Below, piece after piece: positions 39,438-49,297 of a DNA stretch of 64,000 nucleotides; position 1 is the first letter of the stretch; the number at the start of each line of letters is the position of its first letter. The translations under genes and the position numbers were made by a program. Source of the stretch: an uncultured Planctomycetaceae bacterium (GTDB taxonomy: Bacteria > Planctomycetota > Phycisphaerae > SM23-33); the NCBI GenBank assembly GCA_964401385.1, contig CAYNYF010000005.1, positions 5,810 through 69,809 on the forward strand. The letters run 5' to 3'. The notes under the pieces are model-generated. The model made no database searches, had not been told where the DNA came from, and worked only from the letters and a program-made list of their open reading frames with translations.

Positions 39438-40787
39438 GTGGCCATGCTCCGGCGGCGTTTCGGGACATTCACGGGCGGGATCGACATTCCCGACGACAAG
39501 GAAGCCACCCTGGATGCACCCATCGCCCCGGTCGGGCGCCTGGAGAGGCTCCGCGTTCCGCTGGCGCCGGTCCCGGCCGAGCCGGCCCGCCCGGTCGTTC
39601 GGCCGGGCTATCGCGTCGCGGACGGGCAGAAGCTCGCCGAGGCGGACTCCCCGGAGCAGGTGGCGGTTTTCGCCCCGCTGGCGGGGCGGGTGGCGCGGTT
39701 TACCGAGGCGCTCGTTCCGGCCCATCCGAGCGGCTGGCGGGTCTCGCCGGCGATTGAGCTGACCGACCTGGGCCGCCCCGAGGGCATACGCCCGCTGCCG
39801 ACGACCTATCAGTGGCAGGCCGCCGACGACGGCTCCCTGCGGCTGCGAGTGGCCGAGGGCGGGCTGGTAACGTCCGGCTCGCCGCCGACGGCCCTGGCCG
39901 GCTGGGTGGAGGCCGCCCGGCGGGCGAAGGTCCACACCCTCATCGCCAACGTGATGGAGAACACGCCGTTCGTCACGGCCGATCACCGCCTCCTGGCCGA
40001 GCACGGCGGCGAGGTCATGCGCGGGCTGGTGATCCTCGCCCGGGCCATCGGCGTCACGGAGGCTATGCTGGCGGTCGACCTTCGCCGAACCGGCGCCTAC
40101 CAGGCCGCGGTCGGGCCGGCACACCTGCACGGCGTCGACGCCATCGCCCTGGCCCACAAGTATCCCATCGGGGCCGAGCCCATCCTGGTCAAGGTCCTCA
40201 CCCGGCGGGAGATCCCGCTGGGCCGGCGGGCCTTTTCGATCGGGGTGGCCACGACCGACGCGGCAACCTGCTGGGCGACGTACCAGTGGGTGGCGTGTGG
40301 CGTTCGGCCGACGGCGCGCGTGGTCACCGTCGCCGGGCCGAGGGTCGGCGCGCCGGGCAACCTGCTGGTGCCCTTCGGCGCCGACGCCGGCGAGGTGCTG
40401 GCGCTGGCCGAGGTTCGCGGCGACGAGCCGGCCATCCACGGGCCGGCCATGACCGGGCGCATGCTGCCACCCGAGGCGGTCGTCACCGGCCAGACCAACG
40501 CCCTGCTGGCACTGGAGCCCCCGCCGGCGGGCGTGCCCACGCCCTGTATCCGCTGCGGCTGGTGCACGGACAACTGCCCGGCGCGGCTGAACGTGGCCGC
40601 CCTAAACGACGACTTCGAGCTGGGCAGGACCGAGCGGGCGCGGCGGCGCGGGGCGCTGGCGTGCGTGGGCTGCGGCATATGCAGCTACGTCTGCCCGGCC
40701 CGGCTGCCCCTGGCCCGGCGGGTGGGGCTGCTGATGCAGGCCATCCGGGAAGAGCAAACGGCCGCCCCGGCCAGGGCGAGCCAATGA
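39438..40787 (+). CDS. RnfC-like electron-transport subunit (two 4Fe-4S ferredoxin motifs)
   Basis: N-terminal FTGGIDIPDDK (RnfC F.GGIHPPE.K-like). CIRCGWCTDNCP and CVGCGICSYVCP cluster motifs. Confidence 0.7.
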   Translation: MAMLRRRFGTFTGGIDIPDDKEATLDAPIAPVGRLERLRVPLAPVPAEPARPVVRPGYRVADGQKLAEADSPEQVAVFAPLAGRVARFTEALVPAHPSGWRVSPAIELTDLGRPEGIRPLPTTYQWQAADDGSLRLRVAEGGLVTSGSPPTALAGWVEAARRAKVHTLIANVMENTPFVTADHRLLAEHGGEVMRGLVILARAIGVTEAMLAVDLRRTGAYQAAVGPAHLHGVDAIALAHKYPIGAEPILVKVLTRREIPLGRRAFSIGVATTDAATCWATYQWVACGVRPTARVVTVAGPRVGAPGNLLVPFGADAGEVLALAEVRGDEPAIHGPAMTGRMLPPEAVVTGQTNALLALEPPPAGVPTPCIRCGWCTDNCPARLNVAALNDDFELGRTERARRRGALACVGCGICSYVCPARLPLARRVGLLMQAIREEQTAAPARASQ

Positions 40788-40788
40788 C

Positions 40789-42039
40789 GTGAACCACCGC
40801 CGCCGGCGCCGCAGCGCCCGCGGCCGGGAGATCCAAAGCGCTGGTATGGTGCAGACACGGCAAACGCTGAGCAGCCAGGCAGCCGCCCACGCCCCGTTCC
40901 TGCGGGCCCCCGAGGCCAGCCGCAGCATCTTCGTGGTGATGTTCGCGGCCGCGTGCGCCCCGCTGGGGGCCGGGGTGGTGCTGTTCGGCTGGCGGGCGCT
41001 GGCGGTGGCAGGCCTGAGCGTGGGCGGATGCGTGCTGACGGAGACCGCCTACTACCGCGTGACGCGGACGCCGGCGCTTCTGGGCCGCTCGCACGCGGCC
41101 CTGACGGGGCTGCTGCTGGCGCTGACGCTGCCGGCGTTCGTGCCCTGGTACGTGCCGTTGACGGGGGCGGTCTTCGCCATCATCGTCGGCAAGGCCATCT
41201 TCGGCGGCATGGGGCACTTTCTCTGGCAGCCGGCGCTGGTGGGGCGGCTGGCGGTGGGCGTGATCTTCGCCCCGCCGCTGCTGCCGATCGACCTGCTCAA
41301 CCCGCAGCAGTGGCCCGTGCTGGCGGTCAACCGCGTCATCCTCGGAGACGTGCGCCAGACCCGGTCCGTCCGCGCCGTCCGCGACTGGCAGCGGACGCCC
41401 GCCCCGCCCCAGGCTGACGCCTTCAAAACCCGGCGCCCGCGCGAGATGCTGCGCGAGCTGACCGGCCCGGGCGAGGCCCGCCCGGCGTCCATCGTGGACA
41501 CGCTGCGGCGGATGCCGCCGGTCCGCGATCTGCTGCTGGGCGCCCACGGCGGCGACATCGGCGAGACCTGTGTGCTGGTGATCCTGGTAGCCGGGCTGTA
41601 CCTGGTCTATCGCAACTACGTCCGGGGGTTCCTGCCGGGGATGTTCATCCTCGCGGCCGTCGTCACCGCCGCAATCGCGCCCGTCCGGGCGGGGCAAGGC
41701 CAGAGCTGGAAGTGGCTGCCCATCGCCTCCGAGGGGCTCGACGTGGGGTTCAGCTACGTCGCCTACCATCTCACATGCGGCGAGATCATGCTGGCGGCGT
41801 GGTTTCTCGCCACGGAGATGACCTCGCGCCCGGTGACGGCGCCGGCGCAGGCGATCTTCGCCGCCGGCTGCGGGGCAACGGCGGTGCTGCTTCGACTGTA
41901 TACGCCGCTGGCGATACCGGCCTACGCGGCCGTGCTCGGGTGGAATACTTTCACCCCCGTCCTGGACGTGATCCGCCCGCGGGTGCTGGGGCAGAAGCGC
42001 TTCTGGCAGCGGTGGCGCGAACCGCGCCCGGCAGAGTGA
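40789..42039 (+). CDS. RnfD/NqrB-like integral membrane subunit
   Basis: Polytopic. LLGAHGGDIGETCVLVILVAGLYLVY matches the RnfD block. Starts 2 nt after the RnfC-like stop. True start may be an internal Met. Confidence 0.7.
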   Translation: MNHRRRRRSARGREIQSAGMVQTRQTLSSQAAAHAPFLRAPEASRSIFVVMFAAACAPLGAGVVLFGWRALAVAGLSVGGCVLTETAYYRVTRTPALLGRSHAALTGLLLALTLPAFVPWYVPLTGAVFAIIVGKAIFGGMGHFLWQPALVGRLAVGVIFAPPLLPIDLLNPQQWPVLAVNRVILGDVRQTRSVRAVRDWQRTPAPPQADAFKTRRPREMLRELTGPGEARPASIVDTLRRMPPVRDLLLGAHGGDIGETCVLVILVAGLYLVYRNYVRGFLPGMFILAAVVTAAIAPVRAGQGQSWKWLPIASEGLDVGFSYVAYHLTCGEIMLAAWFLATEMTSRPVTAPAQAIFAAGCGATAVLLRLYTPLAIPAYAAVLGWNTFTPVLDVIRPRVLGQKRFWQRWREPRPAE

Positions 42040-42102
42040 CCGGCGAGAGCAGCTCCCGCCTGGGGCGTCTCTCGTGCCGTGCCGCCCGGCGGTGCAACCG
42101 CT

Positions 42103-42738
42103 TTACCGACTCCGGCCGCGGAAAGCCCGCCTCCGCCTGCGAGTCACCGCCAGGGCCCCCATGCCCAGAAGCACCATCACGGCCGGGGCGGGAACCGGAG
42201 TGCCCTCGAAGATGAGCGTCGCCTGCGTCACGTCGCCGGTTGCGTGCTCCACCAGCTCATAGGGTTCCTCGGGATACAAAAAAAGGGGAGCATTGATGCT
42301 CCAGCTCACCTCGCCCCATCCCTGTTTCACGCGCTCCAACTCGTAGGCGGCAATCTGGTCATAGACCGCCTCGCCGTCGAACGCCCCGCTGCAATCGAGG
42401 GCCACCACGTCCACGCCCGAGATTCCGCCCTCCGGATACAGCACCGAAAAGAAGCCGGGGGCGGTCACGTTGTCCACACCCGTCCCAAAGGGCAAACCAC
42501 GCGCCCACAGGCCTCCGTAGAATGTCCCGGCGATTCGGATTCGAACCTCCTGGACTTCCAGAAAGGCCGTGCCGCAGTCATAGGCGCACTTCTTCCCCGA
42601 CGAGCCGGCGGAAGCGTCGGTGGTGTAATGTCCCAGCAGACCATCCAGCGGCAGTTCGAACGTGTCCGTCCATCCCGCCGATGCCGGCACCAGCAGACCC
42701 ATCAGGCAGGCAATGGAAGCACATCCCTTCGCGTACAT
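42103..42738 (-). CDS. PEP-CTERM sorting-domain protein
   Basis: Start MYAKGCASIACLMGLLVPASA with AAGGAGG RBS. C-terminal TPVPAPAVMVLLGMGALAVTRRRRRAF. Confidence 0.7.
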   Translation of the reverse strand: MYAKGCASIACLMGLLVPASAGWTDTFELPLDGLLGHYTTDASAGSSGKKCAYDCGTAFLEVQEVRIRIAGTFYGGLWARGLPFGTGVDNVTAPGFFSVLYPEGGISGVDVVALDCSGAFDGEAVYDQIAAYELERVKQGWGEVSWSINAPLFLYPEEPYELVEHATGDVTQATLIFEGTPVPAPAVMVLLGMGALAVTRRRRRAFRGRSR

Positions 42739-42992
42739 TCGGTCCTCCTTTCCGCCATGCAAGGACAGAGGCATTCTCCTGGCTTGTTGGACGTACCCTC
42801 GGCGTGGCTCGGCTGAGGCCGATGGCCATGCCGCACGAAGAGGAACGAATCAAGACTTCCGACAAAGTCCCGGCTGAACTGATCCCCCAGGCCAATGTAA
42901 TTCTACGGCCGCCGACCGCCGGCGTCAAGGGCCCATCTCGCGGGAAGGAAGCTCGGGGGGTGGCCAACCCAGGCGTGAATGCCCGGCCTCCG

Positions 42993-43721
42993 CTACCTTG
43001 CCCGCAGCAGGCGGGCGAAGGCCAGGGCGGCTGCGACGCCCGGCCACAGGGCCCAGGCCCAGATCGGCGCGGGATGCCAGGAGGCGCTCCTGGCGGCGGC
43101 GACCGAATACGCACAGGTCGCCGGCCCGGCCGAGAAGAGCCAATCGGGCGGGACGCCCCTGCCGGTCACCTCGGTCAGCACGTAATAGGTCACGGGCATG
43201 CCAACGGCAATGAGGGCGGCGGCCAGGGCGGCGGCGGTCGTGGTGGCGGCGCGGCCTTGGGCCACCCACAAGCTTAGCCCCCACGCCGCCATCGCCACGC
43301 CCGTCAGGTACAGCAGGCCGCGGACGACGTCCCCGGCCGTGGCGTCCGACAGCCACGCGGCGGCCACGTAAAGCGGCGCCGAGGCCACCAGCAGCATCAC
43401 GTACTCACCGGCCGCGGGAAAAATCGACGCCAGCGCGCCCTCGTCGCTCGCCGCGGACCGCCCGGCCGCGGCGGCCCTGCGCCCGAGAACCAGCGGGCAG
43501 ATCAACATCAGCAGGCCCGCCTGGGCCGCCAGCAGCACCTGCAAGGCCGGCGGGCTGGCAAAGCCCCCGCCAAAGTCTGGTTGCAGGAAGCTCTCCGGCA
43601 GCGACCCCACCGCCAGCGCCGCCACCGAGACGGCCAGGAAGACCGCCCCGGCCGGATGCCAGAACTGCACGACCTTCCCGCCGGCGGGAACATCGCCGCC
43701 CTGATCAATGGATGCTGACAT
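42993..43721 (-). CDS. Hypothetical polytopic membrane protein
   Basis: 242 aa with about 6 hydrophobic helices. Immediately downstream of ftsQ, overlapping it by about 17 bp. Confidence 0.45.
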   Translation of the reverse strand: MSASIDQGGDVPAGGKVVQFWHPAGAVFLAVSVAALAVGSLPESFLQPDFGGGFASPPALQVLLAAQAGLLMLICPLVLGRRAAAAGRSAASDEGALASIFPAAGEYVMLLVASAPLYVAAAWLSDATAGDVVRGLLYLTGVAMAAWGLSLWVAQGRAATTTAAALAAALIAVGMPVTYYVLTEVTGRGVPPDWLFSAGPATCAYSVAAARSASWHPAPIWAWALWPGVAAALAFARLLRAR

Positions 43722-44646
43722 GGAGTTTTTCGAAGCGGAGATCGATCCAGTCCTTCACGCCGGCCAGCTTGCCGCCGTTGGAGGCGACGTAGGCGTCCAG
43801 GTTGGCCAGTTTGGCCTCCGGGGCCAGGCAGTAGTCCAGCCCGTCCTCGGCCGGAAAACGCCCGAAGAGAACCCGCGTCCGCCGCGACTGGCCGAGCTGG
43901 GCGTAGAACTGGAGGTGCGGGTCCATCGGGCTGATGCGCCCGTTGTGATTGCGGACGTCGATGACGCTGATCTGACCTTGCCACGCCCGGCCCTTCAGCA
44001 GGCTGAGCAGGCGCAGGCCCTTATCCAACTCCGGGGCGTCCCACTTCTGCCCCGGCCGCGGCGGTAGCGTGCCCACGCCGTCGATCTTGACGAAGGCGTC
44101 CTGGCGAACCTGATTGGCCCGCAGCGGCAGCACCACGCCGCCGGCGTCGACCACGTGAAATTCGCCCGGCCGATCCTCGACCGCCACCAGCGCCGCCGGC
44201 CGGCGGAACTCGGCCTCGATCACGACCGTGCCGTCATGGTGCTTGCGGACGCAGCGTACCTTCGCGATCCAGGGGTGCTCGGCGGCGGCATCGTAAACGT
44301 CCTTCGCCAAGCTCTCGTCGAAGACGCTGCGCCCGGACACTTTGGCCTGAACGCGTGACAGGACACTGCGGACAGCGTACGGCGGCAGGTCCATCGGGCG
44401 CTCGGCCAGCCGCACGCGCGCGGACTTTCCGGCGTACTCCGGCGAGGCCAGCACACTGCTCCGCATGCCCCACAGCGCCAGCGCCGCCAGCGCCGCCACC
44501 GTCAACACGGCCGAAGCCTTGACGGCCTTGGCCTTGTGCGGCCAGGGCGGGTGCGACGGCTTGACCTGGGCTTTCGCCCGATCCTTCTTCTTTTTCTTCC
44601 TTCGCAGCACCAGCGGTAACCTCCCTGTTCCGGCCGGCACAGGCAA
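43705..44646 (-). CDS. ftsQ: Cell division protein FtsQ-like (POTRA domain)
   Basis: Basic cytoplasmic N-terminus, single TM, periplasmic POTRA-like domain. Sits directly downstream of ddl in the dcw cluster. Confidence 0.7.
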   Translation of the reverse strand: MPVPAGTGRLPLVLRRKKKKKDRAKAQVKPSHPPWPHKAKAVKASAVLTVAALAALALWGMRSSVLASPEYAGKSARVRLAERPMDLPPYAVRSVLSRVQAKVSGRSVFDESLAKDVYDAAAEHPWIAKVRCVRKHHDGTVVIEAEFRRPAALVAVEDRPGEFHVVDAGGVVLPLRANQVRQDAFVKIDGVGTLPPRPGQKWDAPELDKGLRLLSLLKGRAWQGQISVIDVRNHNGRISPMDPHLQFYAQLGQSRRTRVLFGRFPAEDGLDYCLAPEAKLANLDAYVASNGGKLAGVKDWIDLRFEKLHVSIH

Positions 44647-44658
44647 CCCGTGCCCGGC

Positions 44659-45645
44659 TCACGCCCCACCGGGCAACCTGTTCAGGGCCAACTGCACGAT
44701 CCGGTCGCAGAGCTGCTCGAAGCTGACGTTCGCGGCCGCGGCCGCCTTCGGCAGCAGCGAGTGAGACGTAAAGCCGGGAATCGTGTTGACCTCCAGCACG
44801 TGGGCGACGCCGGCCGGGGTAAGGATGAAGTCCACCCGGCTGAAGTCCCGACAGCCCAATGCCTTATGGGCAGTGACCGCGGCCGCCCGGAGGTGCTCGA
44901 CCACGGCCGGCGGCAACTGCGTGTCCACGATGTACTCCGTGGCGTCGTCCTCGTACTTGGCGACGTAGTCGTAGAACTCCCGCGCGGGGCGAATCTCGAC
45001 CACCGGCAGCGGCCTGTCGGCCAAGATGCCGACGGTCATCTCCCGCCCCTCGATGAACGCCTCGACCATTGCCCTGCCGTACCGGGCCAGCAGCCCTTCC
45101 AGGGCCGCGTCGCGGCTGGCGTCGTCGCGGGCGATGATGACGTCCACGCTGGAGCCGCCATCGACGGGCTTGAGCACGCACGGCGGCGGCACGCCCGCCA
45201 GCAGCCCACCCCAGTCCGGCGGCGAAAGCCCCCCGTCGACCACCACCCAATCCGGCGTCGCCAGCCCCGCCCGGCGGAACAGCCGCTTGCTGGCGTCCTT
45301 GTCCATCGCCAGCTCCGAGGCGGACGGGCCGGAGCCCACGTACCTCAGGCCCCGCTGCTCGCACAGCCGCTGGACCTGGCCGTTCTCGCCGAAGGCCCCG
45401 TGCACGGCGATGAACACCATCTCGATGCCCTCGCGGTCCAGGGCGGCGGTGTCTTCGGGGCCGACGTCGGCGGCGGTGACCCGGTGCCCGCAGCGCCGCA
45501 GCGCCTCGGCCACGGCTCGGCCGGACAGCAACGATACCTCGCGCTCGCTGCCGGGCCCACCCATGAGCACGGTGATGTCCAGCGGGCGGGTTCTACGGCC
45601 CGCCACGTCGATGGCGCCTTGGGCTGCGAGGGGCTCTGCCGGCAT
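44659..45645 (-). CDS. ddl: D-alanine--D-alanine ligase
   Basis: VLMGGPGSEREVSLLSG ... ATP-grasp motifs. Confidence 0.9.
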   Translation of the reverse strand: MPAEPLAAQGAIDVAGRRTRPLDITVLMGGPGSEREVSLLSGRAVAEALRRCGHRVTAADVGPEDTAALDREGIEMVFIAVHGAFGENGQVQRLCEQRGLRYVGSGPSASELAMDKDASKRLFRRAGLATPDWVVVDGGLSPPDWGGLLAGVPPPCVLKPVDGGSSVDVIIARDDASRDAALEGLLARYGRAMVEAFIEGREMTVGILADRPLPVVEIRPAREFYDYVAKYEDDATEYIVDTQLPPAVVEHLRAAAVTAHKALGCRDFSRVDFILTPAGVAHVLEVNTIPGFTSHSLLPKAAAAANVSFEQLCDRIVQLALNRLPGGA

Positions 45646-45648
45646 GGC

Positions 45649-46533
45649 TCACCAGACCTCCACTTCCAGTTCCAGATACACTTCCCAGCGCTTGTAGACG
45701 TCCTCGCGGATGATGTTGATCAGTTTCAGCACGTCGGAAGCCCGCGTCCCCGGGTCAGCGATGATGAAGTTGGCGTGCCTGTCCGAGACCTGTGCCCCGC
45801 CGGTGCGGCGGCCCTTCAGGCCGGACTTGTCGATCAGGGCCCCGGCCGACAGGCCCCGGGGGTTCTTGAAGATGCAGCCGGCGCTGCGGACCCACAGCGG
45901 CTGGGTGTTCTTCTTGTAGATCCAGATACGTTTGACCTGGTTGAGGATCCTGCGCGGGTCGTCGGGCATCAGCCGAAACTGGGCGCCGAGGATGACCTTG
46001 GCGGAGATGTTGGTGTGGCGGTAGCCGAAGACCAGCTCCCCGCGGAGGCGGGTGAAGCCGACGCCGTCGCTGTCCATCAGGTCGACCGACTCGACCATGT
46101 TGCCGATGTCGCCGAAGGCCCCGCCGGCGTTCATCCGTACCGCCCCGCCGATGCTGCCGGGGATGCCGGCCAGGCATTCCATTCCGCTCATCCCCTCCCG
46201 CACCGAGCGCAGCACTATCCGGTGCAGCTCGGCCGCCGCCCCCGCCTCCACGCCGTCCTTAGTGAAGCGCACCCGCCCGAACGTCTCGCCGGCCAGACGC
46301 ACCACCGCCCCGCGTACGCCGGAATCGTCGATCAGAAGGTTCGCCCCGCCGCCCAGGATGCGCACGGGAACCTCGTTCTCCCGGCAGCGCCGGAGCACCT
46401 CCGCCAACTGCTCCGGCGTGGTCGGCTCGATGAAGTACTGCGCCGGCCCGCCGATGCGCATCCACGTATACGAGGCCAGCGGCACTTCCGTCTTAACGAT
46501 CTGTTCCAAGCCAGCGAACAATGTCATCCGCAA
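45649..46533 (-). CDS. murB: UDP-N-acetylenolpyruvoylglucosamine reductase
   Basis: FAD-binding RIGGPAQYF...ILGGGANLL and C-terminal MurB domain. Confidence 0.9.
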   Translation of the reverse strand: MRMTLFAGLEQIVKTEVPLASYTWMRIGGPAQYFIEPTTPEQLAEVLRRCRENEVPVRILGGGANLLIDDSGVRGAVVRLAGETFGRVRFTKDGVEAGAAAELHRIVLRSVREGMSGMECLAGIPGSIGGAVRMNAGGAFGDIGNMVESVDLMDSDGVGFTRLRGELVFGYRHTNISAKVILGAQFRLMPDDPRRILNQVKRIWIYKKNTQPLWVRSAGCIFKNPRGLSAGALIDKSGLKGRRTGGAQVSDRHANFIIADPGTRASDVLKLINIIREDVYKRWEVYLELEVEVW

Positions 46534-47935
46534 CTTCCCAGATGTTGCCCGCCCCCATGGTTACCACCAGGTCGCCCGGGGCCAGAGAGGCCTTCAGGTG
46601 TCGGCTGATCGACTCAAAGCTGTTCCGGTAGACCGCGTCGCCGCCGTTGAGGCGAATCTGAGCGACCAGGTCTTCGGCGGAGATGTATTCCTTTTCGCGC
46701 TCGCTGTCGCGGACGAAGTAGATGTCCGGGACGATGACGCGGTCGGCGGCGCCGAAGCTGCGGGCGAAGTCCTTCAGCAAGAAGCGCGTGCGCGAGTGCT
46801 GGTGCGGCTGGAAGACGCACCAGATCCGCTGCGGCAGGAAGAACTCGCGAATGGCCCGCAGCGTCACCTGGATCTCGGTGGGGTGGTGGGCGTAGTCGTC
46901 GACCACGGTGACGCCGCCGAGGGCGGCCTTGATGGTGAGCCGGCGATACACGCCCTCGAAGCCGGCGACGGCCTTCGCGATCTGGGCGGGGCTGAGCCCG
47001 GCCTGATGCAGCAGCCCGGCCGCCGCCAGGGCATTATAGACTTGGTGCAGCCCGGGAAGCTGAAGCGCCATCCTGCAAAAGCGCTTTCCGCCCAGCAGCA
47101 CGTCGAACCGGAAGCGGCCGCGGTCGGCCCTCAAGTTGCTCGCCCGCCACAGCGGGTCGTCCTCCACGCCGAACGTCTGCACCTCGCAGGTTGCCTCGCG
47201 CACCGCCTGCATGACGTTGCGGTCGTCGCCGTTGGCCATCAGCAGCCCGCGGGCGGGCAGCTTGGACGCGAACGCCCGGAAGGCCTCCACGATGGCGGCA
47301 ATGTCGGCATAGCAGTCCAGGTGGTCCTCCTCGATGTTCAGAATGGCCGCGTACATCGCGGAGAGGTTCAGGAAGGAGCGGTCGAACTCGCAGGCCTCGG
47401 CGACGAAATGCCGGCCCGCGCCGACGCCGCTGGGCCCGCCGAGCTGGGCGACGGTCGCCCCGATGATGAAGGACGGGTCCATGCCCGCCGACGCCAGGGC
47501 GTAGGCGACCAGGGCCGTGGTGGTGGACTTTCCGTGGGTGCCGGCGACGGCGATGCCGCAGCGGTCGCCCATCAGCCGCCCCAACATCTGGCTATACTTG
47601 ATCACCTCCGCCCCGCGCTGCCGAGCGGCCAGCAGCTCCGGGTTGGCCTCGTGAATCGCGGCCGAGTACACCACCAGGTCCAGCTTCTCCGGCAGGTTCT
47701 CCGCCCGCTGGCCCACGGTCACGCCGGCCCCGTGAGCGGCCAAGTCCTGTAGCGCGGCCGAGTCGGCCTGGTCGGAGCCGCTGACGGTCGCCCCGCGGGC
47801 CAGAAGCATCCTCGCCAGGGCGCGCATGCCCGATCCGCCCATGCCGATCAGGTGCACCCGCCGGCGGAGATACTTGGCCTCGGCCACCCCGGCGGCGGCG
47901 AATGTCCTCCGCTCAGTTTCCATCGGTCTCAGCAT
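46493..47935 (-). CDS. murC: UDP-N-acetylmuramate--L-alanine ligase
   Basis: HLIGMGGSGM and VAGTHGKSTTT P-loop; Mur ligase C-terminal domain. Confidence 0.9.
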   Translation of the reverse strand: MLRPMETERRTFAAAGVAEAKYLRRRVHLIGMGGSGMRALARMLLARGATVSGSDQADSAALQDLAAHGAGVTVGQRAENLPEKLDLVVYSAAIHEANPELLAARQRGAEVIKYSQMLGRLMGDRCGIAVAGTHGKSTTTALVAYALASAGMDPSFIIGATVAQLGGPSGVGAGRHFVAEACEFDRSFLNLSAMYAAILNIEEDHLDCYADIAAIVEAFRAFASKLPARGLLMANGDDRNVMQAVREATCEVQTFGVEDDPLWRASNLRADRGRFRFDVLLGGKRFCRMALQLPGLHQVYNALAAAGLLHQAGLSPAQIAKAVAGFEGVYRRLTIKAALGGVTVVDDYAHHPTEIQVTLRAIREFFLPQRIWCVFQPHQHSRTRFLLKDFARSFGAADRVIVPDIYFVRDSEREKEYISAEDLVAQIRLNGGDAVYRNSFESISRHLKASLAPGDLVVTMGAGNIWEVADDIVRWLGTDR

Positions 47936-48000
47936 AGTAGTTACTCACACACGTCCCTGTCAAACTCGCCCAACCGCCACTCTCGTTGCAGCTTTCGGCC

Positions 48001-48060
48001 TCCCGCTTTCAGTTTTCAGCTTTCAGCTTTGCCCTTCGCTCTTCGTCTTTTTCAAATCGC
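48001..48060. repeat. Dispersed intergenic repeat: GCTGAAA-heptad element (copy 1, inverted orientation) in the murG/murC gap
   Basis: gctttcagttttcagctttcagctttg is the reverse complement of the 53131-53160 copy. Similarity extends about 45 bp: gacgaagagcgaagggcaaagctgaaagctgaaaactgaaagc vs cacgcgagaaggagacaaagctgaaagctgaaaactgaaagc. Confidence 0.6.
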
Positions 48061-48088
48061 GCGGACTTTGACAAAGCCCGCGTAGTAC

Positions 48089-49219
48089 TTATCGCCCGGT
48101 GGAGGAATTTTGCTTTAGCCCGGTCAACCAGCGGGCGACGGCTTCGGCCGCGCCGGGGCGGGCGAGCGCCTCCGCGGCCGAGCGCATCGCCTCCAACCGC
48201 GACGGGTCCCGCAGGATCGGCAGCAGGGCCTCGCGCAGCGCCTGGGCGTTGAGTGCCCGGTCGCGGGCATCGATCACCTCCACGGCCGCGCCGGCCGATA
48301 CTAAGGCGGCGGCGTTGTGGCGCTGGTGCTGGTCGCGGTGATACGGATACGGCATGAGCACGGCCGGAGTGGCGGTGGCGGTCAGCTCGGCCACGGTCGA
48401 TGCCCCCGCTCGACTGAGCACGACGTCGGCCAGGGCGTAGGCAAGGTCCATCCGCTGGCAGAACTCCAGCAGCGTCCACCGCATCCTGCTGCCGGCGAGG
48501 GCCGCCCGCACTTCGTCGGCCTTGCCCGGCCCGGCCACGTGCAGGAGCTGCCAGCCAGCGGCCAGCTCGTCCAGGTCGTCCACGATTTCGGCGACCGCCT
48601 GATTGATGTTGGCGGCCCCCTGGCTGCCGGCGGCGACCAGCAGGGTTTTGCGATCACCGCCCAGCGACCACAGCTTCCGGCCCTCGGCCGGATCGCCCCG
48701 CACCAACGCCTGCCGCACGGGACAGCCCACCAGCCGCGATTTGGCTCCGCCGCGGCCAAGGTCGGCCGCCGTCCGCTCGAACTGCGTAAAGATCACCCCC
48801 GCCCGCCGGGCCAGGTGGCGGTTGGCCGCGCCGGCCACGGCGTCGATGCAGAGCAGGCCCGTTCGCACGCCGGCGCGAGCGGCCGCGCGGACCACCGGAA
48901 CGGCGGCGAATCCGCCCAGCCCCAGCACCGCCGCCGGACGGACGTCGGCCAGCAACTCGCCGGCCAGCCGCGCCGACGACACCCAGCGACGCAGGAACTT
49001 TCCCCAGCCGCGCAGGCCGCGCGGCGGCGGGCAGATCGGCTGGGCGACGAAGGCATACGGCGTGGAGGAGAGGATCCGCCGGTCAATGTCGCGATCCGAG
49101 CAGGCGAAGACGATCTGGGCGTCGCCCTGCATCTCCAGCAGCCGCTCGACCACGGCCAGGGCCGGATACAGGTGCCCGCCGGTGCCCCCCCCGGCGAAGA
49201 TGTACGCTGGTCGGCTCAT
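48089..49219 (-). CDS. murG: Undecaprenyldiphospho-muramoylpentapeptide beta-N-acetylglucosaminyltransferase
   Basis: IFAGGGTGGHLYPALAV N-terminal motif; GT28 fold. Confidence 0.9.
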   Translation of the reverse strand: MSRPAYIFAGGGTGGHLYPALAVVERLLEMQGDAQIVFACSDRDIDRRILSSTPYAFVAQPICPPPRGLRGWGKFLRRWVSSARLAGELLADVRPAAVLGLGGFAAVPVVRAAARAGVRTGLLCIDAVAGAANRHLARRAGVIFTQFERTAADLGRGGAKSRLVGCPVRQALVRGDPAEGRKLWSLGGDRKTLLVAAGSQGAANINQAVAEIVDDLDELAAGWQLLHVAGPGKADEVRAALAGSRMRWTLLEFCQRMDLAYALADVVLSRAGASTVAELTATATPAVLMPYPYHRDQHQRHNAAALVSAGAAVEVIDARDRALNAQALREALLPILRDPSRLEAMRSAAEALARPGAAEAVARWLTGLKQNSSTGR

Positions 49220-49297
49220 GCACCACCACGGGCGGCCGCCAACGGAATCGCCAGGCGCAGGCCGGATTCCGGCGGGCGGCGCGACATTTGTGCTCCG

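Noticed and set aside
44650-47752. Plus-strand ORFs 44650..46608 and 46052..47752
   Set aside because: Antisense of ddl/murB/murC.
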